Shown: piece after piece, positions 36,737-52,537 of the stretch
How the letters are laid out: each line of letters starts with the position of its first letter
Numbering within the stretch: position 1 is the first letter of the stretch
DNA from: Eledone cirrhosa
Taxonomy: Eukaryota
DNA: 64,000 nucleotides
Reading direction: 5' to 3'
Assembly (NCBI GenBank): GCA_964016885.1
Contig: OZ024740.1
Span: forward strand, 17,608,001-17,672,000
The notes under the pieces: generated by a model
Told to the model about the DNA's origin: nothing
The model's input: the letters and a program-made list of their open reading frames with translations, nothing else
Databases searched by the model: none
Program-made: the position numbers and the translations under genes

Positions 36737-38340
36737 ACTTGGAGAAAGCCTTTGACAGAGTACCCCGCTCGATTATCTAGTGGGCCCTTAGAAAACTAGG
36801 TGTTGATGAATGGCTTGTGAGAGCTATACAAGCCATGTATAAAGAAACAGCCAGCAAGGTTAGAATTAACAACGAATATAGTGAAGAGTTTAGCGTAAAA
36901 GTTGGTGTTGATCAGGGCTCCGTCCTTAGCCCCCCACTATTTATTATTGCCCTTCAGGCTATAACAGAGGAGTTCAAGACCGGCTGCCCATGGGAACTCC
37001 TATATGCAGATGATCTAACGCTCATAGCTGAATCAATGGCTGAACTAGAGAAGAAATTCCAAACATGGAAGCATGACCTAGAATCAAAAGGCCTTAAAGT
37101 TAACTTGTCTAAGACTAAAGTTCTAGTTTGTAGAAAGGAAAATAGGGCACCGGTCCCATCTGGGAAATGGCCATGCTCAGTGTGTAGGAAAGGAGTAGGT
37201 AGAAACTCCATTTTATGTCCCAAATGCAAAGTATGGGTACATAAAAGATGTAGTGGGATCACAGGTAAACTATCTAAGAATATAGATTTTATATGTGGCC
37301 GGTGCTCTGGTGCAATAAGTAGCAGCAAGTGCCCACAGAATACTAACTTGTTCCATTGCACAGATGGTTCTATAGAAATAGTGGACAGCTTCCGTTACCT
37401 GGGTGATAAAATCAGCAGTGGAGGAGGGTGCTCTGAAAGTACAGTAGCTAGGGTCAGAATGGGATGGAAAAAATTCAGAGAGCTTATACCACTATTGTCC
37501 GCTAAAGGGTTCTCTCTAAAAATGAAGGGCAGGCTGTATGATGCCTGCATACGAACAGCAATGTTACATGGCAGTGAGACCTGGGCATTGTGTGCAAGGA
37601 TATACGCAGACTGGAAAGAAACGAAGCTTGCATGCTCCGCTGGATGTGTAATAGTAACATACGTGAACGGCAAAGCATAAACGTACTAAGGGAGAAATTA
37701 GAAATAAGAGGGATCAGATGTTGTTTACTCGAGAGAAGACTACGTTGGTATGGTCACGTGATGCGCATGAAAGACGACAGCTGTATAAAAAAGTGCAGGG
37801 CAATAAAAATAGACGGTAGCCACGGAGTAGGCAGACCCAGAAAAACCTGGGACGACTTGATAAATTCCGACCTCACACACTTACACCTCTCCAAGGCAAT
37901 GTCACTGGACCGAGAGCTTTGGCACTACACAGTAATAGAGAAGACCCACCTTACCTAAGTACAAAGTGAAACCTACTACAGTCAGTAGGCACCTCTAACA
38001 AAATACACCCCGTCCCACTACCCCCACCCCATCCACACCACCCCTTCAATGTAAAGTTATGTTGGTGTCACAATATCCAGCCCGAAACAAATGAGGGCGT
38101 GTAGGTGTCACGACAAAAAAACACACAGTCCACGCTGTAATGTGGCCGTGTAGGCAACACGGTAAAAACCTCCCAGCCCACACTGTAAATGTGGTTGGTG
38201 TTAGGAAGGGCATCCAACTGTAGAAAACCCCCCAGACAGTCCTATGCGAGCAAGAGAACCACTCTTGCCTCAAGTGGGAAAACCCCCGTCCAAACCCATG
38301 CAAGCGTGGAATATGGACGTTAAACGATGATGATGATGAT
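36733..38340 (+). mobile_element. RTE LINE, 5'-truncated; best-preserved RT-PHD-thumb copy
   Basis: VDLEKAFDRVPR, GVDQGSVLSP, LLYADDL, intact C4HC3 finger, YLG and (GAT)n tail. Starts right after (TA)n. Confidence 0.92.
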
Positions 38341-38344
38341 ATAT

Positions 38345-38700
38345 CATCATCATCATCATCATCAGGTTTAGCGTCCGTGTTCCACGCTTGCATGGGTTTG
38401 GACGGGGGTTTTCCCACTTGAGGCAAGAGTGATTGTCTTGCTCGCATAGGACTATCTAGCGGGTTTTCTACAGTTGGATGCCCTTCCTAACACCAACCAC
38501 ATTTACAGTGTGGGGCTGGGAGGTTTTTACCGTGTTGCCTACACGGCCACATTACAGCGTGGACTGTCTGGCGGGTTTTCTACAGCTGGATGCCCTTCCT
38601 AACACCAACCACATTTACAGTGTGGGGCTGGGAGGTTTTTACCGTGTTGCCTACACGGCCACATTTACAGCGTGGACTGTGTGTTTTTTGTCGTGACACC
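38345..38700 (-). mobile_element. RTE 3'UTR fragment tail-to-tail with the previous copy, with an internal duplication
   Basis: Reverse complement of 38100-38340. Segment 38460-38570 is repeated at 38572-38680. Confidence 0.85.
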
Positions 38701-38919
38701 TATATATATATATATATATATATAAATACCACCCACCTGCCCCTCCTAAACAATTTATTCATCTTCCTCATCACTTCTCAACATTTATGAAGTTTCACTT
38801 TCCCAAATGACTGAGTACGTATTTAAGAAACTCCTTCCCAAAAATAACTTCTGAAAAGAAGAGGAAATGTGTTATGTCCGAATGAGTATCCTCCACCTCC
38901 AAATAACTTGCTCTCTCAG

Positions 38920-39090
38920 TCCTGGCCACACAGGATCGAGGAAACCCTGGAGGGTGTTAAGGGAGATGCACTGGAACAGCCACTCGTGGGGTTCACATCT
39001 GTGGGCCACCAACTCTGCTCCAATAGCAGTGATATGGTCCGGAGGGGGGGGGGGGCAAGAACACCAGAAGTTTCCATAGCTACAGGCTCT
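38920..39090 (-). mobile_element. CRE-like retrotransposon fragment (decayed)
   Basis: EPVAMETSGVL..., homologous to 12060-12255. Confidence 0.6.
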
Positions 39091-39879
39091 TTTCCAAAAT
39101 TGTTACCTAGTGAATACATAACCAATCCCCCCCCTCTTACTTACTTGTAAATTTAACCTTTTTCATACCCAAGGGAAGCAATTCATTAAAAAAGAAAATT
39201 CAGCGTCCTAAAGGTTAATTAATTGAAATACTTTTAATTTCATTAGAAATATGGTAATGAAAGGGTTAAATAAGTAACATCCTTTCCACATACCTGAATA
39301 AAAACGGATGTGAAAAGATGACACACACACACAAGAGAGTTACTTATGGTGGTAGGTGAAAAGTACTTTAAAAAATGTAAACAAAATTGTGTCAGAGCTC
39401 ATTGACATAATAGTAAAAGTAGATTACTTCTTTAAAAGAGAGGAGTTTGTCTCCAAATTGCTCACAGAATCTCAGCTGATAGGCAACCAGATAAATAGTT
39501 GTCTGTTATATAGATAGACACAGGGGTATATAACTATAGATAGCTGCTGCTTTACCACTGATCATTTTGTCAACACTGAGAGAGGAGAGTGGAGATACTA
39601 ATTTACTAATTCCAGGCAAAGTTAGCAAAAGGTTGTTGTCATATGACTGTCGTATTTTATTATAAAGATATACAAAATAGATAGATATATAGAGAGGAGG
39701 AGAGAGAGAAGAGCTAGAGAGAGGAGGAGAGAGAGAAGAGCTAGAGAGAGCAAGGGAGTGAGAGAGGGAGGGCAAGAGAGAGAGAATAAAGGCTTCAAAC
39801 CCAATAAATGGAATTACCCACTTTGTCTAGTCTTTCATATTAAACTTCATTTTCTTTACACAATTTAATTTAAACCACC

Positions 39880-40205
39880 ACCCCCTCCCTATCCAATCTA
39901 CCACCTCAGCCCTCCCTATCCAATCTACCACCTCACCCCCTCCTCTACAATCTACCCCCCCCCTCTACAATCTACGACCTCATCTCCCCCTCCTTATCCA
40001 ATCTACCACCTCAGCCCTCCCTCTACAATCTACCACCTCATCTCCCCCCTCCCTATCCAATCTACCACCTCAGCCCTCCCTCTACAATCTACCACCTCAT
40101 CTCCCCCCTCCCAATCTATCACCATAGCCCCCCATACAACCTACCACCTCAGCCCCCCCCCCCCCCCCCCAATTTACCACCTCAGCCCTCCCTCTCTCTA
40201 TCCAA
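39880..40205. repeat. C-rich ~27-bp minisatellite
   Basis: CCCTCCCTATCCAATCTACCACCTCAG variants. Confidence 0.8.
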
Positions 40206-40389
40206 TCTCATAGATGTCTTTATTGTTTCTATTCCTATATCTCCTTCACATCAGCCATGTCAGTTCTTTAACACAATATCTTCCTCTAAATACTCAGGTC
40301 TCCTTATTTCAAACTTGATTCTTACCTTTCACAGCTGTCTTCAGCTTTTCTACCTTGTTCCCCTATCAAAACTGCTTCAATCAATTGAA

Positions 40390-41530
40390 TATACACACAA
40401 ATTATATATATACCAATATATACACAAATTATATATATACCAATATACACACAAATTATATATATACCAATATATACACACAAATTATATATATATACCA
40501 ATATACACACATAAATTATATATATACCAATATATACACAAATTATATACCAATATACACATAAATTATATATATACCAATATACACATAAATTATATAT
40601 ATACCAATATATACACATAAATTATATATATACCAATATACACACACAAATTATATATATACCAATATACACATAAATTATATATATACCAATATATACA
40701 CATAAATTATATATATACCAATATACACACACAAATTATATATATACCAATATACACATAAATTATATATATACCAATATATACACATAAATTATATATA
40801 TACCAATATACAAACATAAATTATATATATACCAATATACACACAAATTATATATATACCAATATACACACAAATTATATATATACCAATATACACATAA
40901 ATTATATATATATCAATATACACACATAAATTATATATATACCAATATACACACACAAATTATATATATACCAATATACACACATAAATTATATATATAT
41001 CAATATACACACACAAATTATATATATACCAATATACACACAAATTATATATATACCAATATACACACATAAATTATATATATACCAATATACACACAAA
41101 TTATATATATACCAATATACACACACAAATTATATATATACCAATATACACATAAATTATATATATACCAATATACACACACAAATTATATATATACCAA
41201 TATATACACACAAATTATATATATACCAATATATACACACAAATCATGTATATCCATATATACACAAATTACATACACACATAAATCACAACTATATACA
41301 CACATAAAATATGTATATCCACATACACACGTAAATTATATACCCATATACACATATGAATCATATACCTAATATACACACAAACTATATATACCCATAT
41401 ACACACATATGTATACCCATACACACACAAACTATATACTCATACACCCACAAATTATATACTCATATACACACAAACTATCTACTCATATACACATGAA
41501 TTATATACCTATATATACAGATGAATTATA
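40390..41530. repeat. ~24-26-bp AT-rich minisatellite
   Basis: TATACACACAAATTATATATATACCAA tandem, decaying after ~41240. Confidence 0.9.
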
Positions 41531-42094
41531 TATTTTGTATCAAGAATCTGGTATTGTAAAACTGTAAAATTTATTTTTGTTTGCAATACAACATCTTTGT
41601 TAATCAGATAGAATAATCTTTTACACACACACACACACGTTCACTCTGTAAACTCATTCCCCTTAATGATTTTTAATCCAGGCATAAAGGCCTGCAATTT
41701 ATTGGGAGAGGAAAGCCGATTATATTGCACCTAGTATTTCACTGGTATTTTATTTTATCAAACCCAGAAAGATAAATAACAAACTTGACCTAGGCAAGAT
41801 TTCAGAATGGAAAGAGCTGGAACAAATACTGCAAAATATTTTGTCCATTGCTCTAACAATACTGTCAATCCACCATCCTTCCTTTTACATTGTGCACTAG
41901 GGTCAATACCAAAAAAAATTAGAGAAGAAATTAGAACTTGGAATACAACCTAACATTTCCTGCCTGTAAAAGTCAGCTTTTCTCGACTCAGCCCACATCC
42001 TGCGAAAGGTATTGGCTATCTGAAGTCACCAGACTTGATGGTCACTTTGTTTACATATCTCAGGTGAAAACCATGAAGCAAAAGCGAAATAATA

Positions 42095-42412
42095 ATCCAA
42101 ATATAAAGATCTAGAGATAGAACCCAAATATGGATGATGAAGAGAGAACCAATACTTATAATTAATAGGTGCCATGGGAATGATAAAAAAGCACACAGAC
42201 AGATACATAACCCAAACCCCAGGATTCACAGATATATACAACATACAAAAGATAGCACTACTAGGCACTGAACACATATCATGAAGTGTACTCTCAATAC
42301 AATAGAACAAACACCACACTGCATGTATCCAAGGCAAACAGAGCTGTGCTCGGTAATGCAGTGATATAATAACAATAATGATACTAATAATAATAATAAT
42401 AATAATAATATC
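42095..42412 (+). mobile_element. R4/Dong-like (RLE-type) non-LTR retrotransposon 3' fragment ending in (TAA)n
   Basis: Frameshifted translation KYKDLEIE..W.MK...I.IGAMGMIKK...YI.Q.PG...IQKIALLGTEHI..VLS, then a short UTR and (TAA)n. Confidence 0.65.
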
Positions 42413-42859
42413 AAATAATTAATTTCTTAATTGTTTCTAGTATTGGCACAAGGCCAGAAATTTGAGGGAATGAGGAAAAGTTATCTACCACCCCCTATAT
42501 TACCAATTATAATTTGGTGTTGCTCTACTGATTATGAATTCAACTATCTTCAATAATTAATTAAAATAAATTAAAATATGTCAAGCATTTCCAAGCAGTG
42601 AAAATAGATGTTAAATGATGATTATGACATTAATTATAATTAAATGATCATTATGATGACATTAAATATAATTTGGTGTTCCATTACCAATTATATTATC
42701 TACTATCTTTAATAATTAATTAGAATAAAAAATAATTTAATTTGATGATGTCCTACAAATTAAGACATTACTCACTTTAATTAATTAATTATATTTTAAT
42801 TAGGTCCCGCTCCACCAATTACACCATCTCCCCTACCACCTTTAATATTATTAATTATA

Positions 42860-42968
42860 ATTGTTTCTACTTTTGGCATAAGGCCGGCAATTATCCCAGT
42901 ACATTACTGGTACTTTATTTTAGCGACCCAGTAAGGATAAATGGCAAAGTTAACCTCGGCGAGATTTC
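42860..42968 (-). mobile_element. Truncated Deu/Nin-like SINE
   Basis: Homologous to the 3' half of 32765-32959. Confidence 0.7.
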
Positions 42969-43250
42969 GCTTCTCTAATTATTTTAACTGTAGAATATAG
43001 AAACATAACTAACACCTAAAATAACTGTAGAATACATATAATATAGACATAACTAACCCCTAAAATAACTGTAAGAATATATATAGTAAACAGACATCAC
43101 TAACCCCTAAAATAACTAGAATATATATAATATACAGACATAACTAACCCCTAAAATAACTGTAAAATATATATAATATACAGACATATCTAACCCCTAA
43201 AATAACTGTATAAAATATATATAATATACAGACATAACTAACTCCTAAAA

Positions 43251-44670
43251 TCACCTGTCAACTATCGTCCAGTCAGTCTTACTAGCTGCATCACCAAACT
43301 GATGGAGTCCTGTGTCAGAGAAACACTTTGGAACTTCTGGAACTCTCACAGTCTTATCTGGCGCCCACAATTTGGGTTTATCCCTAACTCCAGCTGCTGT
43401 GATCAACTTGACGAGTTTCTTGAAGACATCACCCAGATCACTGATGGCGGCTCATGGGTTGATGTTGTCTACCTTGACTTTGCGAAAGCTTTCAATTCTG
43501 TGCCACACAAAAGACTGATGGCAAAACTCTCTGCAATGGGTGTGAGGGATGATTTTTTTAACTAGTTGAAGTCCTTCATTCTCAGTCGAAGAAAGGTAGT
43601 CACGGTTCTAGGACAGCATTCCTCACCATATGAGATGTCATCTGGTGTACCACAGGGATCTGTTCTTGGCCCCCTTTTGTTTGTGGCATATATTAATGAC
43701 ATAGATGCCAACTTAAAGATTGCCACAGTACTGAAATATGCAGATGACATCAAGTTGTACCTTGAGATAAAAAGGACAGATCCTGAACACTATAGATCTT
43801 GCCTGCAATCTGACCTGCACACAATGCAGCAATGGATCACGGACTGGCAACTCAAGCTGGCTGTGGACAAGTGTACCACCATGCATTTTGAGAGTAAAAA
43901 CCCGGCATCCACAAAACTAATATCAAGAAGTCTTCTTGTGAACGTGACCTGGGCATTACTGTGTTGGACAAAGTACATCTCTAAAATTGTCAAGAAGGCC
44001 GAGGGTGTCTTGGCATCACTCAGCAAGACCTTTGTCAACCACTCTCCAGCTATCAATTTAAAGTTGTATGTAGTTATGGTGCGGCCACAGAATTTGCATC
44101 ACCAGACTGGGACCCCTATCTTGCTCAGAACATTGACCTCCTGGAAACTGTTCAGAGACGTGCAACCAAGCAAATAACCTTCATCAGGCATCTACCATAC
44201 TCTGAACGCCTTGCTTCCCTGGGCATGGATACATTGAAGTTCCGATGTCTGGCAACTGACTTGGTAAACACCCACAAAATTATTAACCATCTTGCCAACA
44301 ACAACCCTGAGTACCTTTTTGATTTCCATGTGTCTAACACACGTGGGCATGCCCACAAAGTCAGAAAACAGCACAGTTCCCATCACTTTCGGAAACATTT
44401 TTTCACACTCAGAGTTGCTGAAGCATGGAACAAACTGCCTGCATCAGTTGTTAGTTGTCGAAACACTGCATCCTTTAAAACCTCCATGCTTCCTGAGATT
44501 CGCCAACACTACACCTGATGTCCCCCCTCCATATACATGCACACATGTATATCCTGGCTCATACACTGTTCATTTTTCTGACATTTGTACATTATTCTAT
44601 GTACTTTACATGCACCTTTGACAAGTTGTAGTGCACCTGAGCACTGTACACAATAATTTCATTATTATTA
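43251..44670 (+). mobile_element. CR1 LINE, 5'-truncated and decayed
   Basis: Homologous to 26972-28430, with stops, frameshifts and an (ATT)n tail. Confidence 0.92.
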
Positions 44671-44954
44671 TATAATATACAGGCATAACTAACCCCTAAA
44701 ATAACTGTAGAATATATACAATATAGAGACATAATTAACCCCTAAAATAACTGTAGAATATATATAATATACATACATAACTAACCCCTAAAATAACTGT
44801 AGAATGTATATAATATAGAGACATAACTAACCCCTAAAATAACTGTAGAATGTATATAATATACAGACAAAACTAACCCCCCAAATAGCTATAGAATATA
44901 CAGGGTGAGATAAAGTAGAGAAGCAGAGGGGTTAATTAATTAATCATGTTTTAA

Positions 44955-47920
44955 CCATTTAGTATTTAAACCTGCCATATCAAATCAGCCGCTCATACTT
45001 ATGTTAAGGTATTGTTCTCAAAATAAATAATATCAAAATCTTGTTGATTTGATATGTGAAATAAAGTGTTTACCATAAAAATAGAATAGTATATATAGAG
45101 TAAAAAAATGTTATGTGAGATATTATGTGAGGTAAAACTTTTACTGTGACAATACAATAGTATATATAGAGTAATGTAAATGTTATGTGAGATATTATGT
45201 GAGGTAAAGCCTTTACTGTGAAAATACAATAGTATATATAGAGTAATGTAAATGTTATGTGAGATATTATGTGAGGTAAAGCCTTTACCATGAAAATACA
45301 ATAGTATATATAGAGTAGTGTAAATGTTATGTGAGATATTATGTGAGGTAAAGCCTTTACTGTGAAAATACAATAGTATATATAGAGTGATGTAAATGTT
45401 ATGTGAGATATTATGTTAGGTAAAGCCTTTACCATGACAATACAATAGTAGATATAGAGTAATGTAAATGTTATGTGAGATATTATGTGAGGTAAAGCCT
45501 TTACTGTGAAAATACAATAGTAAATATAGAGTAATGTAAATGTTATGTGAGATATTATGTGAGGTAAAGCCTTTACTGTGACAATACAATAGTAAATATA
45601 GAGTAATGTAAATGTTATGTGAGATATTATGTGAGGTAAAGCCTTTACTGTGACAATACAATAATAGATATAGAGTAATGTAAATGTTATGTGAGATATT
45701 ATGTGAGGTAAAGCCTTTACCATGAAAATACAATAGTATATATAGAGTAATGTAAATGTTATGTGAGATATTATGTGAGGTAAAACCTTTACTGTGAAAA
45801 TACAATAATAGATATAGAGTAATGTAAATGTTATGTGAGATATTATGTGAGGTAAAGCCTTTACCATGAAAATACAATAGTATATATAGAGTAATGTAAA
45901 TGTTATGTGAGGTATTATGTGAGGTAAAGCCTTTACTGTGACAATACAATAATAGATATAGAGTAATGTAAATGTTATGTGAGATATTATGTGAGGTAAA
46001 GCCTTTACTGTGACAATACAATAATAGATATAGAGTAATGTAAATGTTATGTGAGATATTATGTGAGGTAAAGCCTTTACTGTGAAAATACAATAGTATA
46101 TATAGAGTAATGTAAATATTATGTGAGATATTATGTGAGGTAAAGACTTTACTGTGACAATACAATAATAGATATAGAGTAATGTAAATGTTATGTGAGA
46201 TATTATTTGAGGTAAAGCCTTTACCATGAAAATACAATAGTATATATAGAGTAATGTAAATGTTATGTGAGATATTATGTGAGGTAAAGCCTTTACTGTG
46301 ACAATACAATAGTATATATAGAGTAATGTAAATGTTATGTGAGATTTATGTGAGGTAAAGACTTTACTGTGAGGTAAAACCTTTACTGTGACAATACAAT
46401 AGTATATATAGAGTAATGTAAATGTTATGTGAGGTATTATGTGAGGTAAAGCCTTTACTGCGAAAATACAATAGTATATATAGAGTAATGTAAATGTTAT
46501 GTGAGATATTATGTGAGGTAAAGACTTTACTGTGACAATACAATAATAGATATAGAGTAATGTAAATGTTATGTGAGATATTATGTGAGGTAAAGCCTTT
46601 ACTGTGAAAATACAATAGTATATATAGAGTAATGTAAATATTATGTGAGATATTATGTGAGGTAAAGACTTTACTGTGACAATACAATAATAGATATAGA
46701 GTAATGTAAATGTTATGTGAGATATTATTTGAGGTAAAGCCTTTACCATGAAAATACAATAGTATATATAGAGTAATGTAAATGTTATGTGAGATATTAT
46801 GTGAGGTAAAGCCTTTACTGTGACAATACAATAGTATATATAGAGTAATGTAAATGTTATGTGAGATATTATGTGAGGTAAAGCCTTTACTGTGACAATA
46901 CAATAGTAGATATAGAGTAATGTAAATGTTATGGAGATATTATGTGAGGTAAAGCCTTTACTGTGATAATACAATAGTATATATAGAGTAATGTAAACGT
47001 TATGTGAGGTAAAGCCTTTACTGTGAAAATACAATAGTATATATAGAGTAATGTAAATGTTATGTGAGGTATTATGTGAGGTAAAGCCTTTACTGTGACA
47101 ATACAATAGTATATATAGAGTAATGTAAATGTTATGTGAGATATTATGTGAGGTAAAACCTTTACTGTGAAAATACAATAGTATATATAGAGTAATGTAA
47201 ATGTTATGTGAGATATTATGTGAGGTAAAGCCTTTACTGTGACAATACAATAGTATATATAGAGTAATGTAAATGTTATGTGAGGTATTATGTGAGGTAA
47301 AGCCTTTACTGTGACAATACAATAGTATATATAGAATAATGTAAATGTTATGTGAGGTATTATGTGAGGTAAAGCCTTTACTGCGAAAATACAATAGTAT
47401 ATATAGAGTAATGTAAATGTTATGTGAGATATTATGTGAGGTAAAGACTTTACTGTGACAATACAATAATAGATATAGAGTAATGTAAATGTTATGTGAG
47501 ATATTATGTGAGGTAAAGCCTTTACTGTGAAAATACAATAGTATATATAGAGTAATGTAAACGTTATGTGAGGTAAAGCCTTTACTGTGAAAATACAATA
47601 GTATATATAGAGTAATGTAAATGTTATGTGAGGTATTATGTGAGGTAAAGCCTTTACTGTGACAATACAATAGTATATATAGAGTAATGTAAATGTTATG
47701 TGAGATATTATGTGAGGTAAAACCTTTACTGTGAAAATACAATAGTATATATAGAGTAATGTAAATGTTATGTGAGATATTATGTGAGGTAAAGACTTTA
47801 CTGTGACAATACAATAATAGATATAGAGTAATGTAAATGTTATGTGAGATATTATGTGAGGTAAAGCCTTTACTGTGAAAATACAATAGTATATATAGAG
47901 TAATGTTAAGTATTAAATGG
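44955..47920. mobile_element. piggyBac-like MITE with a ~2.8-kb internal 60-bp satellite
   Basis: TTAA|CCATTTAGTATTTAA ... TTAAGTATTAAATGG|TTAA. Same 60-bp unit as 4143-6284, ~47 copies. Confidence 0.85.
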
Positions 47921-47934
47921 TTAAATGTCTAATT

Positions 47935-48226
47935 TGTTTTGATATTTCCATATTTTGTTGGGCCATTTGAAACCAGTTGTTTATCAAACACACCCAAGGA
48001 ATATTGAGGAACTTGAAGAAAGAATTAAATATGAATGCTGTAAAATGACGGAGGAAATATCCAACATGTTAACGAATCATGCAGGCACAGAATTGATGTG
48101 TTTTAAAAAAGGAGGACATTTTGAACAGCACATATAACTATTAAATAACTAGTAAATTAAAGTTTCATGACTAATTATACTTTAAATAAATTATACCCAA
48201 GATGCCTTACTTTTGTCTGACCCTCT
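47935..48226 (+). mobile_element. Tc1/mariner transposase C-terminal remnant and right end
   Basis: GHLKPVVY..PRNIEELEERI..EC.......C....GGHFEQ is a typical mariner-type C-terminus. Ends in the TIR-like CTTTTGTCTGACCCTC|TA. Confidence 0.65.
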
Positions 48227-48674
48227 ATATACATACATAGCTACCCCCTAAAATAACTGTGTAGAAAATATACATACATACATAGCTACCCCCTAAATTA
48301 ACTGTAGAATATATATATAATATACATACATAACTACCCCCTAAAATAACAGTGTAGAATATATATATATACAGATAGCTACCCCTAAAATAACAGTGTA
48401 AAATATATATATATATATATATATATACATACATAGCTACCCACTAAAATAACTGTAGAATATATATATATATATATGCAAGCGTGGAACATGGACGTTA
48501 AACGATGATGATGATTATGATGACATACATACATAGCTACCCCCAAAATAACTGAAGAATATATATATATAATATATATTGTATTGATTTTTATACATTA
48601 AATTTTGCTCTGGTACTTACATAGAGCACTCTTCACTTCTATGACCTTTTCTGTTTTCAACGGAAATTTCAATA

Positions 48675-51360
<2,686 letters not shown>

Positions 51361-52146
51361 ATGTACGATGCCTGCATACGAACAGCAATGTTGCATGGTA
51401 GTGAGACCTGGGCATTGTGTGCAGAGGATATACGCAGACTAGAGAGGAACGAAGCTTGCATGCTCCGCTGGATGTGTAACAGTAATATACGTGAACGGCA
51501 AAGCATAAACGAACTAAGGAAAAAATTAGAGATAAGAGGGAGCAGATGTTGTTTACTCGAGAGAAGGCTACGTTGGTATGGACACGTGATGCGCATGAAA
51601 GTCGATAGCTGTATAACAAAGTGCAGGGCAATAAAGATAGACGGTAGTCACGGAATAGGCAGACCTAGAAAAACCTGGGACGAGCTGATAAACTCCGACC
51701 TCACACACTTACACCTCTCCAAGACAATGTCACTGGACCGTGACCTTTGGCGGTACTCAGTAACAGAGAAGACCCGCCTTGCCAGTAGGCATCTCTAACA
51801 AAATACAGCCCATCCCGCAACCACCCCCACCCCATCCACACCACCCCGTTCTATGTAAAGTTATGTTGGTGCCGCGCCATCCAGGCCGAAACAAATGAGA
51901 TTGTGTAGGTGTCACGACAAAAAAACGCACAGTCCACGCTGTAATGTGGCCGTGTAGGCAACACGGTAAAAACCTCCCAGACCCACACTGTAAATGTGGT
52001 TGGTGTTAGGAAGGGCATCCAACTGTAGAAAACCTGCCAGACAGTCCTATGCGAGCAAGACAATCACTCTTGCCTCAAGTGGGACTACCCCCGTCCAAAC
52101 CCATGCAAGCGTGGAACACGGACGTTAAACGTTGATGATGATGATG

Positions 52147-52147
<1 letters not shown>
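51361..52147 (+). mobile_element. RTE LINE 3' fragment inside the (TA)n array
   Basis: Open frame [16 protein letters not shown]...LRWYGHVMR...GRPRKTW, followed by a (GAT)n tail. Confidence 0.92.
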
Positions 52148-52179
<32 letters not shown>

Positions 52180-52180
52180 C

Positions 52181-52267
<87 letters not shown>

Positions 52268-52282
52268 CATATATATATATAC

Positions 52283-52355
<73 letters not shown>

Positions 52356-52382
52356 TACATATATATATATATACATATATAC

Positions 52383-52423
<41 letters not shown>

Positions 52424-52505
52424 TATACATACATACATATATATATATACATACATACATACATATATATATACATACATACATACATATATATATATAC
52501 ATACA

Positions 52506-52537
<32 letters not shown>

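Noticed and set aside
39506-39775. Possible additional minus-strand exon (SYDNNLLLTLPGISKLVSPL...)
   Set aside because: No convincing acceptor, only a weak donor, and no recognisable homology.
44999-47886. 938-aa and other repetitive ORFs, also at 4232-6251
   Set aside because: Translations of a 60-bp satellite inside a MITE; frames switch freely with indels.
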